A stretch of 64,000 bases of DNA from Podarcis bocagei. Taxonomy: Eukaryota. The position numbers and the translations under genes were made by a program. The stretch is taken from NCBI GenBank assembly GCA_964188305.1, contig OZ076895.1; one strand, written 5' to 3'. The notes beneath the pieces were generated by a model, which was not told the DNA's origin, did not search any database, and saw only the letters and a list, made by a program, of their open reading frames with translations. The first letter of the stretch is position 1; each line of letters opens with the position of its first letter. Positions 12,171 to 21,858 of the stretch are shown one piece after another.

Positions 12171-13338
12171 CCAACTTAATCCCTGGAATACTTTTACAAC
12201 TATTTAAATATTGTTGTTTAAATTGTTTCATAAAATGAATGCAGGTATATAGTTTTAAAAGAATGGAAAGAATTATGCACCTCTACATTCAACAGTCTAC
12301 AGCCATCTCAAACTCTTTTTTTGTCACCTGACATTCATTTCATTGTCCCCCAGCATCCTTATAGGTGGTGTCATCAGAATTTGAGGAGCTTTGCAAACAA
12401 CTGAGGGCTTTACTTGCCACACTTCATGGGCAGTGGTGGTGCTTTGGCAAGCAGAAAATTATTAGAGATGGCTTTAGATATCTAAAATGTGATGGGGAAG
12501 TGGAGAGGGAGAGACAAATGAAAAAGCTGGCTTATTTTTGGGCCTCACAGGTGTGCCTATGAGTATTAATAATTGCCTTTTGAATTCAGGATTTATTCAG
12601 TAATCCCATGAAAAATAGACTGTTAATGGGGCATGCTCTTGTTTCTTGAGATGAGAGAATTGTTAATTTTTTAGATTTTCATGTGCCTTAAAACCTCTTT
12701 TTCCTTACACACCTTCAATATCAGCAGTAACTTATTTCTGTATACTGTCCAAACAACCTTGACTGCCTTATGCAGCGTACGTAGTATTGGCCAAACCGAT
12801 ATGCCTTGCAGACTACAGTTACAAAGCCCTATTCTCTTAATGGCTAGTAATAGGTTTGCTGGAAAAGGAGCTTCTGCTTTGGTAATGCAGATGGGAAGAG
12901 AACACCTTCCCCAAACTACCCATTCTTTATTGTTAAAACAGCTTCCTTGTGTATGGGTTAATTAGAATTTTGTGTCCATTTCATGCAAGACTTATTCTAC
13001 ATTGATACTGCTTCTAATGTTAAGAGCATTGCATGCACACTTTAACATGGGACAAATACACAAAAGCTCTCCTACTATGTGCACTTGTGGTGAAACAGAC
13101 ATGGTATGTGCTTATCATGTTGTAATAAACACACAGCATACATGCCCTTGCCGTATGTAGACACTGTGTTTACATAGGAAGTGATTTTCTGCCTGGAGCA
13201 CTTTTGTACACTTTCTATGCTACTTTATATATTGAAAACCGAAGTTCATCTTATTGTGTGATGTGTCAAAGGAACATACTTCGTGCATTCCATAAACAGC
13301 CCAATGCACTTTGGTATTCCAGGCAGAAAATCCAAGTA

Positions 13339-13589
13339 CAGTCGTACCTTGGAAGTCGAATGGAATCTGTTCCAGAAGTCTGTACGACTTCCAAAACATT
13401 TGGAAACCAATTTGCAGCTTCTGATTGGCTGCAGGAAGCTCCTGCAGCCAATCAGAAACTGCGGAAGCCCCATCGGACGTTCAGATTCCAAAAGAACGTT
13501 CGCAAACCGGAACAATCACTTCTGAGTTTCCAGCGTTCAGGAGCCAAAATGTCTGAGTTCCAGGGCGTTCAGGATCCGAGGTACGACTG
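13339..13589 (+). mobile_element. Tc1/mariner (Tigger-like) MITE, family A
   Basis: TIRs CAGTCGTACCTTGGA / TCCGAGGTACGACTG; TA TSD on both sides; internal 23-bp hairpin. Confidence 0.88.
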
Positions 13590-14492
13590 TAGTGCCCTTT
13601 ACTACTTGGTAGTAATAATAATTAATTATAGTTTGGTGGCCTTTAATGGTTTTCCCCAAAATATCTGGCACCTGAGGCCAACTGGCTCAGCTTGCATAAT
13701 AGAAGGTCCAAACCTGTCTTGACCCAAGTGAAATTTTTGAGCATTGGACCAACTCTGACACCAATTTTCTTGAGTCTGTGTGGTGCTTCCTTCTCAGGGG
13801 TTGAAACTAAAGTAACAATTGACATTTTATTTCTGATTAGAAATAAATTAATTTGAAAAGTGCCATGCTGAAAACATAAGGAAACCCTTTATGATGAGCA
13901 GTTCAGAGGATTTAAGAACTGCTTTAAGAATATCCATACATATTTTTGTTCTCTTGAGTTAAGTGACCCTAAAGTCTGTTGCATACATCATTACTGCTTT
14001 AATAAGGCTCTTCATAGTTTACCAGAATGTATAAAGATTTCCAAATGTTATATACTCCCAGCAGACATTGACATGATTATTAGGCATACTGGATGCCCTA
14101 TTTAAACTGGAGGGGTTTTTGTTTGGGTCAGAATGGAGACTCTTTGTAGAACATATTTATTTTAGGGGAAGAACCCTTACATTCTGCAGGAGGGGCATGG
14201 CAACTGCTTAGTTTTTCTTAGCTATATGGTGTTGAGTTCCTTGCCCAAATCCAGACATCTGTGGCCCATGTGGCCATTTCATGTTTCCTACTTCTACAAC
14301 ACATCCTATAAAACAGTATCTGTCATTTATGGAAAGTGATCGCAGGAATGTAGATGTGTGAGAAAAGTTACCAAAGAGTTGGCTATGCCCTTAGCTTTCC
14401 CAAGGTCAGTCTTAAATGAAAGATCCCAGATTCCATTGGGCTTGTTTATGGATTTACACCGGAGGTAAAAAAACTTACCAAAAAGAAGCTGC

Positions 14493-14739
14493 AAGAAGAA
14501 GAAGAGTTTGGATTTGATATCCCGCCTTTCACTCCCTTTAAGGAGTCTCAAAGCGGCTAACATTCTCCTTTCCCTTCCTCCCCCACAACAAACACTCTGT
14601 GAGGTGAGTGGGGCTGAGAGACTTCAAAGAAGTGTGACTGGCCCAAGGTCACCCAGCAGCTGCATGTGGAGGAGCGGAGACACGAACCCGGTTCCCCAGA
14701 TTACGAGACTACCGCTCTTAACCACTACACCACACTGGC
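14493..14739 (-). mobile_element. tRNA-derived CORE/MIR-like SINE (Squam3-like), young copy
   Basis: On -: A box TGGTGTAGTGG, B box GGTTCGTGTC, GGGTGACCTTGGGCCAGTCAC core, (TTC)n tail. Older copies at ~1843-1990, 7200-7420, 38000-38310, 49425-49605 (-) and ~18915-19040, 34730-34860 (+). Confidence 0.8.
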
Positions 14740-15317
14740 TCTTCACTCTTCACTCAAGAGAGAAGACCCTAGTACTTTTCTGGTTGCTTAGCCAACACAA
14801 AACAATGTAGCTGAATAAAAAGAAGGATGAAATGAGAAGACCCAGCCCAACGCCTTCCCCTACTCTCTTGAATGGAGATGTATTCTTCCCCGAATTCCCT
14901 CCCTACTGGAGAATGTCTGTGGATCCTTCCTTAATGTCCCGCAAAATAACAGTGCAGTGTCTCATCTTGATACAAACCAGTATAGGTGACAAATCCTCAT
15001 ACAGAGTCCAGCCTGCTCTCCTTCTCTGCCTGGAAATCCATGCCTGCCTGTCCTCCCTGCCTATTTACCAGGGAATACTTTATCCTCCCCCTGTCTTTAC
15101 AGTATATACCGTATATATGTATGTGTATATATTTATTATAGAGTTGCATGATTTCTTGTTTCTTCTGTTTCTGTCTCTCTCTTTCCCTGTCTTGCTTCTC
15201 TTATGTATGCAATTTCTCTTACAGAGTGCTTTGAATCCTGGGCAGGGAGTGGGGAGGGCTAGCAGGGTTGGGTACTTGAACCAATAACTCTCTCTCTTCA
15301 CCGATTCCTTGTTGTAG

Positions 15318-15368
15318 ACTATTGGGGAGAGTCTTATTACAGTGACCTCATCGACTTGCACCTGGGTG
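15318..15368 (+). CDS. MICAL3: MICAL3 alternative cassette exon (DYWGESYYSDLIDLHLG)
   Basis: Acceptor ttccttgttgtag; 51 nt, phase 1-1, matching the flanking exons; donor GTG|GTATGT; ACTAAC at 15398-15403. Confidence 0.8.
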
Positions 15369-15564
15369 GTATGTATGGCAGAAACCTCTTTGCTGGCACT
15401 AACCCTGCTGACACCTGCTCCCGCCACCCTCTCCCTCCACCTACTTCTTTCCATCCCTGGCTCCTCACAAGCAATGAGAAGAAACCAGTCTTGCACCTAA
15501 TTGATTGGCTAGGGCCCTTTTCCAGCTCGGAGGAGAACTAGCAGTCCTTAATGAGCAGTGTTTT

Positions 15565-15719
15565 GGAATCGTAGAATCTCACAACTGCAGAGTTGGCAGG
15601 GACCCTGAGGGTCATCTGGTCCAGCGCCCTGCAATACAGGAATCCTGCTCACAGCCTTCCCAGGGTGGGCTTGAACCACCAGCCACCTAGTTAACAGTCA
15701 GATGCACAATTGGGCCATG
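15565..15719 (-). mobile_element. SINE with tRNA-Asn(GTT)-derived head and CR1 3' tail
   Basis: On -: TGGCCCAATTG..GACTGTTAACTAGGTGGCTGGTGGTTCAAGCCCACCCTGGGA resembles tRNA-Asn; then a CR1-type tail ending in (ATTCTRTG)-like repeats. Confidence 0.75.
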
Positions 15720-18439
15720 TCACATGAAGTCTAGGCTTTTTGCAAAACACCCCAGTGACGGGGGGCGGCGGCAATGGTTTCCATTGTGGTTTCCTGTAGG
15801 AAAACAACCAGGAATGAAAGTGGAAGAGATGTGCAGAAGTACAGAGAATTTATTTCTCATCACTTTTTGAATATTAAACCCCTTCTCAAGGGTTGATTTT
15901 TTTACTCTTTTCCCCACCAGGATAAACCTCTGCACCAACTTAAAATAACCTTTCCTGAGAAAGAAGTTTAATACTCAAAATTTGTTGGGCAACAAATTGT
16001 CTTTTGTACACATTTTGAAATTTTTCCTTTTTTATTCTGGGATTCACTGGAGGCCTGATCCAAAGTGTCACATGCTGAGTTCTGTGCATGCACAGGGGAC
16101 TCTCTTGTAAGTTGGGTGCCTTCTTTTTCCTCCAACACAATAATACTGGAGAAACCATTTCTGAAACATGGAGGTAAAAAACCCTGAGTCATCTCCTCCT
16201 CCTCTCTCCATTGGTGACATTTAAGAATTTCAGTCCATGAAAGGTTACGCCATAAAAATGTGTTAGTATTTAAGGTGCCGCAAGACTATGTTTTTGCCGC
16301 AGTGTTCTAATTTGACTATCCTTCTGGCATTTAAAAATGTGTAGTGCCACATTATTGCAATGAAAGACTTCCCATTCATTTTGTGGCAGCCAATGAAATG
16401 GAGGGGGACAAGGAAGTGCAATATTATATGTTGCATGTTTTTAATTTCTAAGCATTTCAGGGGATCCAGGAAGAGGAGAAAGAGAGACTGCTCTTGCCAG
16501 TGGTCAGTGTCTGCTGTGAAAAGTAGTTGTAGCTTGAATGTAGTTTCAGGTGGTGGTGCTGTAATGAAAAACAGAGGGACCTCTGGGGTACATGTACAAG
16601 ACTTTAGCTAAAGGAGCTCTCTGGATCATGGCCTCTTTTCAAACTTCATCATTTAACCTGGGGTAGCTAACCTTTGAGATGTTGTTGAACTACAGCTCTC
16701 ATTAGCCCTGACTGTTGGCCATGCTGTTTGGGACTGATTGAGGGCCATAGGTTAGCCACCCCCAGTTTAGCCCCTAAACTTAGTTGTGCTATGCATTTTG
16801 TTGATAAGTAAATCCAAACTATTGATTAGATTTTTCTTCCCAAAGATAATCTAGCACTTATATGCTTTATTCTCCCTCAAGGATTGCCCCAACCCTCAAA
16901 GCAGTGACAGCTGCTCCCTCAACACACTTTGTTACACTTTATAAGGACTGCTATATTTTCTTTTTAAATGCTATGCTTCTTTAAATACCGTTGCCTGTTA
17001 TTGTAGAGAAAGTTGTACAGATTATCACACTTAATCTGCACTGCTAAACTGCAATTTGAGTGCTAGAGTTCCTACAAATGGGTGGGTGGCCAGGAGAGTA
17101 CACAAATGTTGCACATGCCCTGTCATTTCTGAAATTAAAGAGTTTGAACAAGCCCTCAGATGGTATTCACAGGCTCTTTCTCTTTCCTTGTGTAAAGTTC
17201 ACGCTCAAAGATCACCACAACATGATATAGTTCCTATTCTTTTCTCTTTTTTGTCTTTCTCCCCCCCCACTCCCATGTATAGTGACTTTTTTATGAATAA
17301 CACCCCCCACTCTGCAGTAATATTACAACTTTAACACAGGCCAGCACAAATTGTGTCCCATCAAGCTTACCGGTCATGTATTATGACAGGTACTTGATAG
17401 CCTTCCTGTTTTTGCAGTCTGAGGCAAAACAAAACATCAGATATTGCTTGAAACCCTGGTGGGCTACATTTGACATGGTGGGTTACCAGTCATGCAGGAC
17501 TGATTCAACACATCTTTGGTACTACAGCTGTTTTCCAAGGTGTCTTAAATTCTTGTCCTTACTCCTTGGGAGTTTGTGACAGAAGGATGTATTGCCAAGT
17601 CTCTTTAAAGTGACTTTTGTATATCACTAATGTTTTTGAACTTTTGCTGCGTCTCTTCCATAAAAATCAAGCAAGCTACCCGTGTTCTTCAGACTGGCAG
17701 TTTGCAGGTTAAGGAGATCAACAGTGTTTTGTGGTTTCAACCCTCATAGTTTAGAAATAGGTAAGTGGTAGCCCAGGAGGTTATAGGCCCCCAGGAATTT
17801 CCTAACTTGGCCCTATCATAGTCCCAAATCTCAAAGGGTCCCCCTTTCATTATTTTGCACCTTTCCTCCATGCAAAGGAGACGTAGACCCTTTCTTCCCC
17901 ATTGTGAGCAGCAAAATGCTCTGCCAGTTTTCTTCCTCCATACTTCAGCAGCTGACATGGAAGCTAAATACAGAGGTCAGTTTGGAGAGTTAAGTGCCTG
18001 AGGTGCTTGCCCACCAAACTATTTCTTGTTTTAACATGTTGTGGGAGATAACAGAAAGATTTAAGCCCTTTCTCCATGCCTCCACTCACCTGGAGTCAAT
18101 CAGTAGGTGGAGCAAATGCTGTTGACTCTCCAGCCCTTGCTCAAAGCAAAATGACACATCCCTGCTAGAAGGAGTTGCTGGCTCCTCTCTGGAGACCAGT
18201 GCTCTGCCTATGTGGGGTTTCTTTCCAAGTGTGCCGCTAGGGGGCATTGTGTGCCCACAGACAGAGCTGTAAAAGGGTTAATGCAAAGTTACACCTAACA
18301 GGTCCTGCTCCTAGCTGATGCAGCTCCCACACTTCCTTCTCCTTCCCCCCCCCTTCCCTTCCTAATTCCCTCTTGAAGGCAGCAGTCTTGTCATTTTTGC
18401 TAACAGTGGCTTTAAAAAGTAGTCATCAGAGTCATTTAA

Positions 18440-18784
18440 AGGGACACTGTCGTTTTTCACATTAACTAACCTCACTTTCTGTCATAAAGAACTAGCATAA
18501 GTAAATTAATAAATCTCATTTGCTTCTCACGATTATATCCTTTTGTTCCCTACATTTCCTGTTTGGATAAATGTACGCAATATTAACCATGGCTACTTCT
18601 TCCCTATACTTTTGGGGTTTTAAAGACATTTTTTATTTTTTTATTTTTGCTAGTTTCAACTCCAGCCCAGATAGCAGTAATAATTCACAATTCTGAATGG
18701 AAGATCATTATTATTTTAATCTATCTTGATTTCTTTCTTTCTTTTAATCCCCAGCAGAAAACTTCACTACTTGGCAGTATCCCT
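18440..18784. mobile_element. Kolobok/T2-like MITE with TTAA TSD
   Basis: TTAA|AGGGACACTGTC ... GGCAGTATCCCT|TTAA: 12-bp TIR with 2 mismatches, TTAA on both sides, AT-rich interior. Confidence 0.6.
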
Positions 18785-20932
18785 TTAAATAAAATGCAGT
18801 GTTATGTGCAGAAAAAGACACACGTGGCTTTGTAGTGTTAGTTCTTTTTATACTCCTCTGTGACTGGTGTTTGTTCAGTACTTCCTCACAGGGCTGCCAG
18901 AGTGCTCAAGAGTCACTGTAGCGTAGGGGCTAAGAGACTGTGAGCTAGGGAATCCCTGGTTCAGACCTCACCTCTGCTGTTCTCACTAAGCCACCTTGGG
19001 GAAGTATGGGCTTAATAATGGCTGCCTTAAATGGTTGCATATAATACGTTTCTATGCCTGTTGTAATAGATATAATAGGATGATTGGTTTGAATAGCCAA
19101 GGCACTTCACAAAGCACCACATAAATGCTAAAATTTATATATACTTCTAAAGGTGGTGAAAGAAAGTCCTCTCCTTCATCTTGCCAGTAAATGTAACCAA
19201 TGGGTCTCAACCTGAGTTGACTTCTGCATTCACAATGGGTTCTGCTCAAGATAAAGGAGGAAACATGTTCCAACCACGTTCTTGCTATTCCCTGGGCATA
19301 TGTTCATTTGTGATCTGGCTACTAAATGCTCTTGCTTTGATACGAGAGAGATTCAGCGTGCAGATGTATTCTTAGGACCCCTAAGTTGCTATATATGGCA
19401 GAGATATATGCCACACCCGTGAATGCCTGCGCATGTTCTTGTATGGCATATGCATGGCCTAAGAAATGCTCAGCAATCATGGCTTGATCACCTGGTGAGT
19501 ACAGGAGAAGGATGTTGTGCTGAGAAGGGGCTCAATGCAGGCATTTCCTTCTCATCACTTTAGGTGTTTAGCACCAGCAGCAATTTCAGGTGCTGGCATG
19601 AAGGTGTCTCCCATTATTCTTGGTTTCGACTCCAATATCCATCATTGGAAGCAAAACTCCAGTGGCTACATTCAGGGCTATTGGTGCTAAGCTCCAAACC
19701 CTTTGGTCAGACTCATACTCCAGCTGGGTCAGTGGGTTAGATGGAGGCAGATTGCACAATAAAGCCCAGCCATGGTATCACCAAACCTTAGCAAGGGGAG
19801 TCCGGAAAGCTGTGCCAGGATCAAACCAAGGTCAGAAGGGATCCGTCTACTCCAAAAGTAATCCAGGACAGCATTGGTAAGCTTGGGGTCCAGGGTTCAG
19901 CAACTGATGAGCTCTAAGAAGGAAGCAGGGGGAGGCAAAGGAGTCAGGTTCAGAAGTAAGGAGCTGGATGGTGGATTGTCTTCAATAAGCAGCAGACTCC
20001 AAATGAAGCCTGATATAGCCTAGACTTCCAAACCATGCCATCACCAGCTTCAGGTGCTTGAGTCTGCCGTAAGAGCCTTTGCTCTTGAGTTTTGTTAGTT
20101 ACAATGAGCCTTTGACTCAATAATTACACAGCAACACTGCACTCCCAAGTGTGCATTCTCTCACTGACTAGCTGCCTGGGCTGGATCTTCTGGCCCCAAT
20201 GTCTTTGAAGCCTGAGGGGTTGATTCAGCCTCCCCCTTTGACTTTGCCTGGGCTTCTCTGCCAGGGGTGGCTCAGGAACCCACTGCAAGGTCCTTTCAGA
20301 GCATCCCCTAGTAGTAAGCCTAGGCAGAGGCCTTCTGGTATACCAGGGACTTCAAAACTGTCATTATGGAGGTGGGGGGGGAAATATTTCACCTTGGGAC
20401 AACGATCAGGAGGTCTTGATGATATTGGGTTGAATGCATGTTGTTTTTATCCTTAGCTTGTACAGCAAATTAATTTTCAATTTTATTGTGTAATAGTAAA
20501 ATGTATCCACTAGCCAGAATCTTCTTGGATGTCTCTAAGTGATATTGGAATAATTATTTTTAAGCACTAGCAAACCAGGGCAAAAGAAGGCAGTGGTGTA
20601 GCCAACAGTATCAAGGAGTGTAGAGGCAGTACTGGTCTCTTGGCATGTAAGGAGTCAGTTCCAAGGACTTTGCAGCAGGAGGAAAACATGGTTATCAGCA
20701 TTTGATGCCAATGCCAGGCTTATGGCTGAGTAATCTTGCACTGGAAGAAAGGGGAGGTATAATTGATTATAAAACAGATTTGATCAGAGATGGAGGGGCA
20801 GGTCTGACAGATGTTCACAAGAGAGATGTTCAGACTAAAATGCAGAGGGTCAAACATGGCTCAAATAGAAATTTATACTTCCTCACTTCTCTCTGGATTC
20901 ACCTTACCCAGATGGACAGGGTACAAATGTAA

Positions 20933-20933
<1 letters not shown>

Positions 20934-21013
<80 letters not shown>
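20934..21013. repeat. Compound microsatellite (TTA)n(CTA)n
   Basis: Directly visible; grown from an L2 tail. Confidence 0.95.
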
Positions 21014-21015
<2 letters not shown>

Positions 21016-21624
21016 GTGGTTCAGCAGTCACCCTTGCTTCAGTTCCCTGACTTGACTTTTTTGCCTGGTGATGCATAATGCAGGACACCCTTCTCCAACT
21101 CTTGAGTGAATTCTTGAGTTTTGGAACATCTGATGCCAAACTTAAGTGATCATATGATACCATTATGCATGCTGATTTGAATACATCACACTTATAGGCT
21201 GATTATCAATATCCAGTGAAAAGGGGAGAAGGGGTGTTTCATATTTATTATATATCACATACGGTATCATATGCAGAAGACTAACTGCAGCCAAATGTAT
21301 GGAATTTGGGTTTGTATCCAGTGTTAGCATCCAGTGCACATATGTGTGCATGCATTTGTACAGTGGGTTTATCTGTTTTAAAGTTATTTTAGTGCTGCAA
21401 TAATCTAGGGTTACCATATTTCAAAAACCAGGACCTTTTTTTTTTTTACAAAAATGCCAAAACAACGTGGTGTCCAAGAAATCCAGATATATGGAACCCT
21501 ACAATAATCCACTGTAAGTTGTACCTGTACCTAGTGCTTAAACAAAAGGGAGACATTTATGGTAACAAAGTAACATCTTTGGGTCTCATGTGTCTTACTG
21601 TCAACTTTTTTTGCAATGGTAATA

Positions 21625-21858
21625 CACTTGTACCTTGGATCCCGAACACCCTGGAACTCAGATGTTTTGGCTTCCGAATGCCGCAAACCTGGAAGTGATT
21701 GTTTCGAATGTTCTTTTGGAACCCAAATGTCTGACAGAACTTCTGCAGCTTCTGATTGGCCGCAGGAGCTTCCTGCAGCCAATCAGAAGCTGCACTTTGG
21801 TTTTGAAAGTTGAACAGACTTCCAGAACGGATTCCATTCAACTTCCAAGATACAACTG
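21625..21858 (-). mobile_element. Tc1/mariner MITE family A, inverted copy
   Basis: Reverse-complement similarity to 13339-13589; TA flanks; same internal hairpin. A partial third copy lies at 62235-62329. Confidence 0.85.
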
